Shown here: positions 48,678 through 58,722 of the stretch, in pieces
Position numbering within the stretch: the stretch's first letter is position 1
How the letters are laid out: the number at the start of each line of letters is the position of its first letter
Assembly (NCBI GenBank): GCA_002162815.1
Contig: MAAT01000039.1
Span: forward strand, 14,605 to 78,604
Reading direction: 5' to 3'
Length of the DNA: 64,000 nucleotides
DNA from: Gammaproteobacteria bacterium 53_120_T64
Lineage (GTDB): Bacteria; Pseudomonadota; Gammaproteobacteria; Pseudomonadales; Porticoccaceae
Translations under genes and position numbers: made by a program
Notes under the pieces: model-generated
Databases searched by the model: none
The model's input: only the letters and a program-made list of their open reading frames with translations
Told to the model about the DNA's origin: nothing

Positions 48678-48997
48678 AAATTCTTGTTTCCTTCCCTAAC
48701 TATCGGAAATTCAGAGCTATTCAGGTATTTTCTGCGACGCGAATCATAGCCTTTTAAGGTTTTGATGTGAAAAACCCTTTCTGCATATTTCCGTCCAAAA
48801 AGGGCATAAGCGTGTCCAGAAGAATCGGGACACCTCCGTCGTGGGCTGTTAGAATGCGCGTCGTTTTACTGTCCCGACCCAGAAAATCGCGTCACAAGAT
48901 TCAATGGAGCGGCTACGGGCAGAGCCCCATTTTATTTATCAGCTGTCTATCAGGGTTTTACCCCGGATTGATAGCATCAAGCCAAAGAGGAACGAAT

Positions 48998-49111
48998 ATG
49001 AGTGATCAAGATAAAACCGAGCAGGGCGATAGTTTTGCCGATGCCCTGGCCGCCCTGGCCATTATTTCATTAGCCGTGCTCAGCGCCGTTATTTTTCTCA
49101 GTAATCAATAG
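48998..49111 (+). CDS. possible small membrane protein (37 aa)
   Basis: MSDQDKTEQGDSFADALAALAIISLAVLSAVIFLSNQ with a strong AAGAGGAA RBS 7 nt upstream. Single predicted TM helix. Weak T-rich hairpin downstream. Confidence 0.3.
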   Translation: MSDQDKTEQGDSFADALAALAIISLAVLSAVIFLSNQ

Positions 49112-49318
49112 GCCTTGATTGAGCGCATTATAAATACGCTGCCATGAAGCGGGGTGAATAGGTCGGCAGACCTTGGCTAAAAAGCCAGCATCCCGACAGA
49201 AGAGTCGATCCGTAAGGGTCGGCTTTTTTATTGCCTCGGTTTTAATCTCTGGCTTTTAAGCTCGCGGCGAAGGCTGGTTTTAGATGTTACATTAGCGCCT
49301 TCTAAATAATTGTTGCGA

Positions 49319-50518
49319 GTTATGACAGTAGCAAATAACGTTTGGCTGTTTATGCTTTGCCAGGCGCTGACGATGTCGATTGCGTCCTTTGTGATTTTTG
49401 TCGGCAGTATTATCGGCAAAACACTGGCTCCGGAGCCTAGTTTGGCGACGATGCCTGTTGCCGCCTTCATCCTCGGCTCCGCGCTGGCGACACTGCCGGT
49501 GATCCTGTCGATGCGCCGCTATCAGCGCAAGCGGGTGTTCCTTTGCTGTGCGCTTATCGCCGGGCTTGGTTGCCTCCTGGCGATGTATGCCCTGCAATTG
49601 CAAAGTTTTAGCGTCTATCTTATTGCCGTGGTAGTGCTGGGTATTGGTCTGGCGGCCGGTCAACAGTACCGTTTTGCGGCGATGGAAAGCGTCGCATCGC
49701 CGGAGGCTCCCAAGGCGGCCTCGCGGGTCTTAATTGGAGGTATTGGCGCAGCATTTTTGGGGCCAGAGTTGGCGGTGCGTGGCGAGCACTTAACCATGAC
49801 GGCCTATCAGGGTTCATTTGCTCTGCTGATGGTGGTGGCCATTGCGGTCTTTTTTGTACTGTTTTTGTTTGTCGAACCGCCGCGTGACGAGCAGCAAAGT
49901 GATGCTGGCGGTCGGCCGCTGTTAGAAATTCTCGCCCAGCCAGTGATTCTGGTGGCGGTTATTTCGGGTTGTGCAGGCTTCGCGATAATGAGCTTGGTGA
50001 TGACGTCAACACCGCTGCACATGCATTTTGATAATGGCCATAGCCTAGTGGATACCAAGTGGGTGATTCAAAGTCATATTGTGGCGATGTTTTTACCGTC
50101 TTTTTTTGTCCCGTGGATTATTCGCCGGATTGGTGTGCAGGGCTTGATTAGCCTCGGTATTGTTGCCTTGCTGATGATGGTTGTCGTGGTTTTTTCGGAG
50201 TATGCCTTTGTCAATTACTGGCTGTCGTTAGTGCTGCTCGGCATTGGCTGGAACTTTTTGTTTGTTGGCGGCACCACGCTGTTGCCTGAGGGTTATGGTG
50301 AATCGGAACGCTTTAAAGTACAGGCCTTGAATGACTTTACTATTTTCGGGATTCAGGCTGTCGGGGCACTGCTGGCGGGGTGGATATTGAGCACACTTGG
50401 TTGGCAAACCCTGTTGTTAATTAGCTTGCCGATACTGGCGCTGCTGATCGCAACCTTGATTTACTGGCGCAGAGGTAGGCATCAGCAGATGGCTGGTACG
50501 CGGAAAGAAGTGGCTTAA
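49319..50518 (+). CDS. MFS transporter
   Basis: 12-TM topology with MFS loop motifs. Start placed at ATG 49319. Confidence 0.75.
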   Translation, partial: VMTVANNVWLFMLCQALTMSIASFVIFVGSIIGKTLAPEPSLATMPVAAFILGSALATLPVILSMRRYQRKRVFLCCALIAGLGCLLAMYALQLQSFSVYLIAVVVLGIGLAAGQQYRFAAMESVASPEAPKAASRVLIGGIGAAFLGPELAVRGEHLTMTAYQGSFALLMVVAIAVFFVLFLFVEPPRDEQQSDAGGRPLLEILAQPVILVAVISGCAGFAIMSLVMTSTPLHMHFDNGHSLVDTKWVIQSHIVAMFLPSFFVPWIIRRIGVQGLISLGIVALLMMVVVVFSEYAFVNYWLSLVLLGIGWNFLFVGGTTLLPEGYGESERFKVQALNDFTIFGIQAVGALLAGWILSTLGWQTLLLISLPILALLIATLIYWRRGRHQQMAGTRKEVA

Positions 50519-50622
50519 AACTGTTGCGGCTGGATTGCCGGCCGATAAGATACTGACGGATAGAAAAAAATAACAAAAAAAGCTCCGCCAACAGGCAGAG
50601 CTCATTAAAGTCGGGCTTGGCC

Positions 50623-51420
50623 TTAGCCAATCATGCTGTAACCACCGCTGGCACTGAGTACCTGTCCGGTGATATAGCCTGCAACCTGCTGGGAGGATAA
50701 AAACACCACGGCATTGGCGACATCCTGGGGCTTGCCGATACGCTTCAGTGGCAGCGTCTTGGCAATGGCCGCGAATTGGTCCTCGGTAAACATCGCATCC
50801 TTTTCCTTCCACATACTGTTTTCACTGGTTTCGTCAGTGGTCTCGGGCACGGTGACACCGGGGCAAACGCAGTTGCAGCGAATATTGTAACGGCCGTTTT
50901 CCTTGGCGATGGTTTTCATAAAGCTATTAGTGGCTGCTTTTAAACCGCCGTAAACCGCTTCGCGGGGCTCGCCCTGACGGCTGGCGTCAGAGCTAATGGA
51001 AACCATAGAACCACCGCCGTTGGGTACCATGTGGGCCAGTGCGACTTTGGTGCAGTTCAGCAAGCCAACGTAGTTAATAGCGATCAGCTTCTGCCATAGC
51101 TCGGGCGTGGTTTTGGTGAAGAACATCATGTCGTCCCAGCCGACGTTGTTGACGATGGCTTCAGCGATACCAAAGGTGGCGGCAACGGTATCGAAGAGGT
51201 TTTCGACACTGTTCAAATCGGTGATATCGGTTTTAATAACCTGAGCATCGGCGGCGCCGGCTTCTCTTGCCAGCGCGGCTACCCTTTCGCCGCTCTCAAT
51301 ATCGAGGTCGGCAATCGTGACCTTGGCGCCTTCTTCGGCAAATTTCAGAGCGATGGCGCGGCCAATGTTAGAGGCGGCTCCGGTGACGATAACTGAGCGG
51401 CCTTTTAAATCGAGATCCAT
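50623..51420 (-). CDS. SDR family oxidoreductase (possible BadH-like 2-hydroxyacyl-CoA dehydrogenase)
   Basis: VIVTGAASNIGRAIA… Last gene of a four-gene minus-strand operon. Confidence 0.75.
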   Translation of the reverse strand: MDLDLKGRSVIVTGAASNIGRAIALKFAEEGAKVTIADLDIESGERVAALAREAGAADAQVIKTDITDLNSVENLFDTVAATFGIAEAIVNNVGWDDMMFFTKTTPELWQKLIAINYVGLLNCTKVALAHMVPNGGGSMVSISSDASRQGEPREAVYGGLKAATNSFMKTIAKENGRYNIRCNCVCPGVTVPETTDETSENSMWKEKDAMFTEDQFAAIAKTLPLKRIGKPQDVANAVVFLSSQQVAGYITGQVLSASGGYSMIG

Positions 51421-51465
51421 AATAAAATCCTTAAAAAATAGTTAATTGCAGAATAAACTTAATAT

Positions 51466-52248
51466 TTATTTTACATATTTTCTGAAGTCGGGCTTACGCT
51501 TTTCAGCCAGCGCATTAACGCCTTCGCGGGACTCTTCTGAATCGTAATAGAGACGCAATGCTTCAAGACCGAGGTTGGCGATACCGCGAATGTTTTCGGT
51601 GGCCGCGTTAAAGGAGCGCTTGCCGATGGAGATCGCGGTGGGGCTGCGTTGTTCGAGCTCAGCACACCAGGCATCGACCTCGGCATCGAGCTGATCGTTG
51701 GGCACCACCTTATTCACCAGGCCCATTTCCTGGGCTTCGGCTGCGGTGTAGCGACGGCACATATACCAGATTTCCTTGGCTTTTTTGTCGCCGACAATTT
51801 GTGCCAGTAGGGCGGTGCCAAAGCCGGGATCAATAGAGCCCATTTTTGGGCCGACCTGGCCAAACTGAGCGTCTTCACCGGCGATAGTGAGATCGCAAAT
51901 GGTCGCCAGCACGTTGCCGCCGCCGATGGCGTAACCTTGTACTTTGGCGATAACGGGCTTGGGCACATCGCGAATAACGGTGTGCAGTTCTTCGACGGGT
52001 AGGCCGATGGTGCCGCGACCATCGTATTGACCGTCGTGGGAGGACTGATCGCCACCGGTACAAAAGGCTTTGTCGCCCGCGCCGGCAAGAACAATCACGC
52101 CGATGCTGTTATTCCAACCGGCTTTCTGGAAAGCATGGATCAGTTCATCGCAGGTGGTGCCGCGAAAGGCGTTGTAAACCTCGGGACGATTGATGGTGAT
52201 ATGGGCGGTTGCGCCCTTAACTTCGACGATAATATCTTGATAATCCAT
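51466..52248 (-). CDS. MenB/BadI-subfamily crotonase (1,4-dihydroxy-2-naphthoyl-CoA synthase-like; candidate 2-ketoacyl-CoA ring hydrolase)
   Basis: 260 aa. Very MenB-like motifs (AFCTGGDQ…, VQGYAIGGGNVLATICDLTIA, FGQVGPKMGSIDPGFG, EGVNALAEKRKPDF) but no men genes nearby. This length and context are typical of BadI. Confidence 0.7.
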   Translation of the reverse strand: MDYQDIIVEVKGATAHITINRPEVYNAFRGTTCDELIHAFQKAGWNNSIGVIVLAGAGDKAFCTGGDQSSHDGQYDGRGTIGLPVEELHTVIRDVPKPVIAKVQGYAIGGGNVLATICDLTIAGEDAQFGQVGPKMGSIDPGFGTALLAQIVGDKKAKEIWYMCRRYTAAEAQEMGLVNKVVPNDQLDAEVDAWCAELEQRSPTAISIGKRSFNAATENIRGIANLGLEALRLYYDSEESREGVNALAEKRKPDFRKYVK

Positions 52249-52409
52249 GGTGACACTTGCCTCTACTTGGCGCTCTGCGCATTGGGGTGAAGGTGCTTGA
52301 CCAAAAGCCTGCTACCAGGAGTTGACTACTGGGCGCTGATCAGCGTGGTCGAGTGTAGCAATTATTGTTGGTGTGGTGTCTAGTGTACGGGCCTTGCCAG
52401 AGCTGCGAT

Positions 52410-53186
52410 TTAGCTGAATTTAGGCGCTCGTTTTTCAGTAAAGGCCTGTAAGCCCTCGCTGACCGCAGCGCTGCGCAGCGCCGGGGTGGCGAGATCCAGT
52501 TCCAGCATTAGGCCCTGCTCGAGGGGCATGTCGAGGCCGCGATCGGTCAGTTGCTTCATTAAGGCCAGCCCGCGAGAGCTGCGTTGGCTGAGTTGTTGGC
52601 AGTAGGCGAGGGCGCTGTCGAGCAGCTTGTCATCTGCAACCACATAGTTCACCAGGCCGAAATCAAGGGCTTCATCGGCATTCAGCCAGCGGGCGCTGAG
52701 CATCAGTTCAAGAGCACGGCGGCGACCGATTAAGCGAGGCAGGCGTTGGCTGCCACCCCAGCCGGGTATCAAGCCAAACTGTGCATGTTGGTCGCCGAGT
52801 CGTGCGCTTTTACCGGCAAACACCACATCCCCAGCGAGTAGTAGCTCGAGCCCGCCCGCTAGTGCCAGGCCCTGTTGGGCGATAACCACGGGCAGGGGCG
52901 AGGTTTCCAACTTGCGGAGGGTGTCGAGTCCGGTTTCGAGAAAGGCGCGGATATCTTCATCGCTGTCGCGAAAACCGCTGACCTCTTCGAGATCGGCCCC
53001 GGTGCAGAAGTTTTTGCCATTGGCGGCGATCAGTACGGCGCGAATACTCGGCTCGATTTCAAATTGCTCTATCGCCTCGTAGAGGGCTTCATGCAGCGCC
53101 ATAGACAGGCAGTTAAATTGCTCTGGACGGTTTAAGGTGATGATGCCAACCGCGTCTTGCTGGCTGATTTCAATGACAGGTGACAT
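52410..53186 (-). CDS. enoyl-CoA hydratase/isomerase family protein
   Basis: ITLNRPEQFN…FCTGADL crotonase fold. Confidence 0.75.
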   Translation of the reverse strand: MSPVIEISQQDAVGIITLNRPEQFNCLSMALHEALYEAIEQFEIEPSIRAVLIAANGKNFCTGADLEEVSGFRDSDEDIRAFLETGLDTLRKLETSPLPVVIAQQGLALAGGLELLLAGDVVFAGKSARLGDQHAQFGLIPGWGGSQRLPRLIGRRRALELMLSARWLNADEALDFGLVNYVVADDKLLDSALAYCQQLSQRSSRGLALMKQLTDRGLDMPLEQGLMLELDLATPALRSAAVSEGLQAFTEKRAPKFS

Positions 53187-53245
53187 AGGCTATCTCTTTA
53201 ATGTTGTTAGGTAACGAGGTGTTATATGGATTTTATTATTGAATA

Positions 53246-54403
53246 TTAACCGGGTTTGCCAACGTAACTACGGGCGATCACCATCTTCATGATCTGCGCG
53301 GTACCGTCGCCAATTTGCATGCCGAGGACATCGCGCAAGCGCTGTTCAAAGGGCAGTTCATTACTGTAGCCTCCGTGACCGTGGGTCAACAGACACTGCT
53401 GGGTAATATCAAAGGCCAGCTTCGGCGCCCACCATTTGGCCATTGCCGCCTCTTTAGTGTGGTCTTTACCTTGGGCCTTTAACCACAAGGCTTTTAGGCA
53501 GACTAGGCGCGCACCTTCGAGGTGGGTTTCGGCTTCTGCGAGCGGGAAGGTAACCCCTTGATTGACGGCGAGAACCTTGCCGAAAGTTTTGCGTTCCTGA
53601 ATATATTGCCAGGTCTCATCCAGGCATTTACGGGCGAGGGCGAGGCATTGCAAGCCGATAAGCGCACGGCTGAAATCAAAACCCTGCATCACTTGCACAA
53701 AGCCTTTGCCCTCGTCGCCAATGCGATATTTCTCGTCAATCCGCACATCGTCAAAGAATAGGGAGCCGCGGCCGACGGATTTTTCACCAACGTCCTCAAA
53801 GCGAGTGCGAGTGATACCTGGGGCCGTGAGGTCAACGAGAAAGGCGGAGACGCCATGGGCCTTTTCTTCAACAGTGCCGGTGCGGGCAAAAACTAGGCAA
53901 AGGTCGGCTTGCTGGGCCATTGAGATGGAGGTTTTTTCACCGTTTAAGCGATAGAAATTGCCTGCCTCACTGGTATGCCGTGTCGCCTTTAGAGCGACAC
54001 CGGCCGCATCAGAACCGCCTCGGGGTTCGGTGAGGCCGATACAGGCGATGGCGTCGCCACTGCAGATGCGCGGCATGATTTCCTCTACCACCTCGGGCTG
54101 GGCGTGACTGAGAATACAATTGCCGACTAATGATGCGTTGATCGGTACATAGGCGATATTCATATCACCTTCGGCAATGGCTTCGGTAATAAGGCCTGAG
54201 GTCAAGGCATCGAGCCCGCTGCCGCCGTATTGCTCCGACGCCTCTGGGGCGATAAAGCCGAGTTGCCCCATTTCTGCTATTAAGGTTCGGTTAAAGGCGC
54301 AGGACTTGTCGCCGGCCTGGTACTCTGGGGCGAGTTTGTCGCTGGCAAAACGCCGGGCGCTATCGAGTAGTGAGCGTTGAAAATCGGTGAGCCCGAAATC
54401 CAT
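53246..54403 (-). CDS. acyl-CoA dehydrogenase
   Basis: Start at MDFGLTDFQ (AAGGA RBS). C-terminal …RIGDGTAQIMKM… is typical of ACADs. Confidence 0.8.
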   Translation of the reverse strand: MDFGLTDFQRSLLDSARRFASDKLAPEYQAGDKSCAFNRTLIAEMGQLGFIAPEASEQYGGSGLDALTSGLITEAIAEGDMNIAYVPINASLVGNCILSHAQPEVVEEIMPRICSGDAIACIGLTEPRGGSDAAGVALKATRHTSEAGNFYRLNGEKTSISMAQQADLCLVFARTGTVEEKAHGVSAFLVDLTAPGITRTRFEDVGEKSVGRGSLFFDDVRIDEKYRIGDEGKGFVQVMQGFDFSRALIGLQCLALARKCLDETWQYIQERKTFGKVLAVNQGVTFPLAEAETHLEGARLVCLKALWLKAQGKDHTKEAAMAKWWAPKLAFDITQQCLLTHGHGGYSNELPFEQRLRDVLGMQIGDGTAQIMKMVIARSYVGKPG

Positions 54404-54588
54404 AATATTGTCCTTGCCTGCGGCTGTTGGGCGCTGTGGCTGAAAGTTATTGTTATGTGGCACATTTGTTCGAATGAACCGCGATTTGCGTCTTAAAAAC
54501 TGGTCTCGAAACGTGTCAACGAAGAGGCGTTTAAGGTATTATTGATTGTCATAATAATACTTACATCAACCCTCCTTGGTAAGGTTAT

Positions 54589-55047
54589 ATGCTAGAAAAT
54601 GACGAATTAAGTTCGGATATCCCCCTCAAACTGTTCTTTCGTTTGTATCAGGCAATGAACCTCTCTTTGCGTAGGGCGGCGGAGGTGCTCAGTGAATTTG
54701 ATATGAGCGCTCAGCAGTGGTCGATCCTCGATTCTCTAACGCGACCGGGTTATGAAAAGGGTATGACGGTTAACGGTCTGGTGGAATACCTGATGGTGAG
54801 TCGCCAGAGCCTTAACGGCGTGCTGCGGCGCATGGAAGAGTCGGGATATATCGAGCGCGTGGTGAACCCCGATGATTTGCGCTCGCGACAAATTCGCCTT
54901 ACCCCCTATGGACGAGACGTGTGTAAAAAGGTCGAACCCAAGGTCAAAAAGTTTTACCACGACAGTGTGCGGCATATGTCGGAAGAAGAGAGGATCAACA
55001 GCCTCAATATGCTGAATCAAATCCTCGGTAATATGCGTAAAAAATAG
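54589..55047 (+). CDS. MarR-family transcriptional regulator (divergent from the ACAD operon)
   Basis: 152 aa with winged-HTH core (…SAQQWSILDSL…GMTVNGLVEYLMVSRQSLNGVLRRMEESGYIER…). Confidence 0.75.
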   Translation: MLENDELSSDIPLKLFFRLYQAMNLSLRRAAEVLSEFDMSAQQWSILDSLTRPGYEKGMTVNGLVEYLMVSRQSLNGVLRRMEESGYIERVVNPDDLRSRQIRLTPYGRDVCKKVEPKVKKFYHDSVRHMSEEERINSLNMLNQILGNMRKK

Positions 55048-55134
55048 TTTGCCCCGTAGTCTAAATATTATTCACCATCATCGCGTCGCCAATGGCGCGG
55101 TATCTTTATAGCTGAGTACCATGCTAGACAAGCA

Positions 55135-55593
55135 ATGCTAGATGATCACCAATGGATGAGCCAAGCCATGACATTGGCGCGGCGTGCCGAGGCTGTCGAG
55201 GAAGTACCCGTTGGAGCCTTGCTCGTCATCGACGGGCAGATGATTGGTGCTGGCTGGAATTGCCCCATCGGCGAGTCTGACCCCACGGCACACGCCGAGA
55301 TTCAGGCCCTGAGGGCAGCGGCAAAGGTTCGCAATAATTACCGTCTACCGGGCGCGACTCTCTATGTCACGCTGGAACCCTGCGCCATGTGCTTGGGGGC
55401 GATGATTCACGCGCGGGTGACGCGTCTTGTTTTTGCCGCCTACGAGCCACGTGCCGGGGCGGTTGTCAGTCATATGCAGTTACTCGACCAGCAGCACTTT
55501 AATCACCGTATCGAATGGTTGGGCGGTATTCTGCAAGAGGAGAGTAGCGCGCTATTGAAAAGTTTTTTTCGTCGCCGGCGGGCTAAGCGCTGA
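55135..55593 (+). CDS. tadA: tRNA-specific adenosine deaminase
   Basis: HAEIQAL…PCAMCLGAM zinc-binding motifs. Adjacent divergent mltF as in E. coli. Confidence 0.85.
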   Translation: MLDDHQWMSQAMTLARRAEAVEEVPVGALLVIDGQMIGAGWNCPIGESDPTAHAEIQALRAAAKVRNNYRLPGATLYVTLEPCAMCLGAMIHARVTRLVFAAYEPRAGAVVSHMQLLDQQHFNHRIEWLGGILQEESSALLKSFFRRRRAKR

Positions 55594-55607
55594 ATATCTA
55601 GCGAGCT

Positions 55608-57089
55608 TTATAGCGATAGCGGCAGACTATTGGGCGACAGAGTGGGCGCCGAGGAGGTTGTCAGTTGGCGGCGCGCTGTTTTTAGCTGAGCCTGTTCAAT
55701 GCGAGATTTCTCAATCTCGTGCCAGCGCAGGATGGAGTGAAAATGGCGAATGTTTTGTACGTATTGCACCGGCTCTCGGCCCCGGGCAAAGCCGTACCGC
55801 AGGGTGCTGTAGTATTTTTTCTGCTGCAGTAGGGGCAGATAGTCGCGGATATCTTGCCAGCGGTCGGGGTCGCCACCGTGTCGCTCGGTCAATACCCTGG
55901 CATCTTCTAGGTGACCGAGACCGATATTATAGGCTGCCAGGGCGAGCCAAGTGCGGTCGGGCTCGAGGATATCCTGGGGTATACGCTTGCGCAGTTGTAA
56001 GAAGTACTCGGTGCCACCGCGCAGGCTTTGCTCGGGATCAAGACGGTTACTAACGCCCATTTCCTTTGCCGTGTTCAAGGTTAGCATCATCAGGCCTCGC
56101 ACACCGGTGGGTGACTTGGCGCGGGGATTCCAGTGTGACTCCTGATAGGCGATAGCCGCGAGGAGTTGCCAGTCGACCTGGTGTTGCTCGGCGGTGCGGG
56201 TAAACAGGGTTTTATAGTTGGCCAGCCGACTGTCGATACGATGGCGGAAAAGTTGTGATCCGCCAACGCTGAAATTATCGGTGTGGCCGAAAAACCGATC
56301 CTGTAAATGCTGTAATTTGCCACTGGCGGCGTAGCTGTTGAGGAAGCGGTTAGCCGCTAGCAATAAACTGTTATCACCGTGGGCCGGGAAAGCCCAGGCG
56401 ATGGGCTCCTCCGTCGATAAATCGAAGGCCTGGCGGGCGCGGGGATAGAGCCCGCGATTGACATCAAAAGCCGATGAATCAACCACCGTATAGTCGGCCT
56501 CGCCATCGTGCACCATCTGCATTAAACCGAGCATCTCCGCATCGTCAATGGCCTCCCATTGCAAGTCGGGATAAGCGCTCTGTTGCAGTTCCTTAAGCCG
56601 TTCAATATGCGAACTACCTGGCACGACAACTAATCGTCCCCCCGCGATATCGTCCAAGGTTTTGGGTCGACGCTGACCGAGACGATAGACCAGCAGTTGA
56701 CGCACCGAATTGTAGGCTTGACTGAAGCGAACGAATTGCAGACGTTCTTTGCTAGCCGTTAGGCCGGCGCTGGCAAAATCCCCTTTTGGCCCGCCTGCGG
56801 CATTGAGTATCGCGGGTAGGTCGTCCATTACCGTGACGTCGAGTCGGACATTCAGTTGCTGGGCAAATTGCTTGGCGAGGAGGTATTCGAAGCCGTTGTC
56901 ACCCTTGGCATCTTGAAAGTAGATGGTTGGCCCAATCATTGAAATGACACGCAGCACCCCTTCGTCGAGTATTGACTCTAGTGTTGTCTTGGCACGGCTG
57001 GTCGTTAAGTTGAGACACAGCACGAATAGCACTGTTACCAGGCCTAGACGGTAGAAGGGGCGTTTAATGCGGAGTAAAACAACATTCAT
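55608..57089 (-). CDS. mltF: membrane-bound lytic murein transglycosylase F
   Basis: 493 aa. N-terminal periplasmic solute-binding-like domain plus C-terminal SLT domain (…ESHWNPRAKSPTGVRGLMMLT…). Confidence 0.8.
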   Translation of the reverse strand: MNVVLLRIKRPFYRLGLVTVLFVLCLNLTTSRAKTTLESILDEGVLRVISMIGPTIYFQDAKGDNGFEYLLAKQFAQQLNVRLDVTVMDDLPAILNAAGGPKGDFASAGLTASKERLQFVRFSQAYNSVRQLLVYRLGQRRPKTLDDIAGGRLVVVPGSSHIERLKELQQSAYPDLQWEAIDDAEMLGLMQMVHDGEADYTVVDSSAFDVNRGLYPRARQAFDLSTEEPIAWAFPAHGDNSLLLAANRFLNSYAASGKLQHLQDRFFGHTDNFSVGGSQLFRHRIDSRLANYKTLFTRTAEQHQVDWQLLAAIAYQESHWNPRAKSPTGVRGLMMLTLNTAKEMGVSNRLDPEQSLRGGTEYFLQLRKRIPQDILEPDRTWLALAAYNIGLGHLEDARVLTERHGGDPDRWQDIRDYLPLLQQKKYYSTLRYGFARGREPVQYVQNIRHFHSILRWHEIEKSRIEQAQLKTARRQLTTSSAPTLSPNSLPLSL

Positions 57090-57506
57090 TACAGCGTGAG
57101 TCTATCTCTCTAATATAGGGAACTGCGGCGATTTCTCTAATACTAGCAGTTTGGCGCAGGGCTTTTCTTCTGAGCCCTTGCTAGGGTGAACGAATCGATG
57201 TTGTCGACAATTTAGTGAAGATAGCTTTACCAGCGAGCGCACTAGCGAGTGTTAGGGTTCATACCGGCCCTTGGTAAATAGCATATTGATAAAGCCTTGG
57301 GCAGAGATAATTATATGACTATCAAGTCGAGAATAGTCATTGTATGTTGTTGGCCTGCCACTTAGGCTGCCTGCTGACACTGCCCTCAAGCCATAAAATA
57401 AAGTAGCTGGCGACATGACAAGGGGTCAAGATTAGAAAGGGCCAAGATTTTTTAATGCTGAGTTGAAAGACAAGGCACACCATTTGATAGACCATCTGGG
57501 GGCGGT

Positions 57507-58670
57507 ATGGACTTTAATATTTCTGAAGAACAACGCATGATCCATGAATACGGTAACAGTCTCAGTAAGACTTACGACCGTGCCTACTGGATGGAGAATG
57601 CTGAAATTCACCGCTTTCCCGAGGAAATGTATCAACAGGTCGCCGCTGACGGTTTTCTCGGCACCATGGTACCCGAGGCCTTTGGTGGCGCCGGTTTGGG
57701 CATGCTTGAAATGCTCTTGTTTCAGGAGGGTATAGCCAATCAAGGTATACCGCTGCTAAGTCTGGTGGTCGGTGCCTGTATGACCATGTCGGTACTGGCG
57801 GGCCATGGCAGTGATGCCCAGCGCAATAATTATTTACCCGCTGCCTGCAAGGGCGATATCCGCTTTTGCTTTGCCATTACCGAAGCCAACGCCGGCACTA
57901 ACACTATCAATATAGGCACCCTTGCCAAGCCAACGGCGCAGGGCGGGTTTAAGCTCAACGGCAATAAGACGTTTATTACCGATGCGGCCGAATCCGATTA
58001 CGCCCTAGTCGTGGCGCGCACCACACCCTTGAGTGAAACCAAGCGCAAGACCGATGGCTTCACCCTGTTTATTGTGCCCACCAAGGCGAAAGGCGTAGAG
58101 ATGCAGCCTATTCCGGTGAGTATTGCCCTGCCCGAATTACAATATCAGGTGTTTTTTGATGACGTAGAACTGGGGCCAGAGAATGTCCTCGGTGAGGTCG
58201 GCAAAGGCTTTAATATCCTTTTCGATTCCCTCAATCCCGAGCGCATACTCGGTGGTGCTATTTGCACCGGCATTGGCCGCTTTGCGATGGACAAAGCTGT
58301 CGCCTATGCTAATGATCGAGTGGTGTTTAATGGCCCCATCGGGGCTTATCAAGCTTTACAGCATCCCTTGGCAATCGCAAAGACTGAAATTGAAATGGCT
58401 TCTTTAATGGCGCGCAAGGCAGCTTGGTTATTTGACAATGGTGAGCCCTGTGGTGCGGAGGCCAATATGGCCAAGCTGGCGGCCTCCGAAGCGGGTATTA
58501 AAGCGGTGGATGCCTCTTTACAGTGTTTTGGCGGTAATGGCTTTACGAAAGAATACGGCATTTTTGATCTCTACCCACTGGTGCGCTTAACTAAAACGGC
58601 GCCCATTAATAATGAAATGATCCACAATTATATTGCTGAACACGTGATGGGCTTGCCGCGTTCGTACTAG
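57507..58670 (+). CDS. acyl-CoA dehydrogenase, tandem paralog 1 of 5
   Basis: 387 aa. MDFNISEEQ…CFAITE…GTNT…QCFGGNGFTKEYGIFDLYP… GGGGG RBS. Confidence 0.8.
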   Translation: MDFNISEEQRMIHEYGNSLSKTYDRAYWMENAEIHRFPEEMYQQVAADGFLGTMVPEAFGGAGLGMLEMLLFQEGIANQGIPLLSLVVGACMTMSVLAGHGSDAQRNNYLPAACKGDIRFCFAITEANAGTNTINIGTLAKPTAQGGFKLNGNKTFITDAAESDYALVVARTTPLSETKRKTDGFTLFIVPTKAKGVEMQPIPVSIALPELQYQVFFDDVELGPENVLGEVGKGFNILFDSLNPERILGGAICTGIGRFAMDKAVAYANDRVVFNGPIGAYQALQHPLAIAKTEIEMASLMARKAAWLFDNGEPCGAEANMAKLAASEAGIKAVDASLQCFGGNGFTKEYGIFDLYPLVRLTKTAPINNEMIHNYIAEHVMGLPRSY

Positions 58671-58722
58671 CTTTTTCGAACGGCAGCTCAAATTAAGCCA
58701 CCAACCAAGCGGAGCGTAGACA

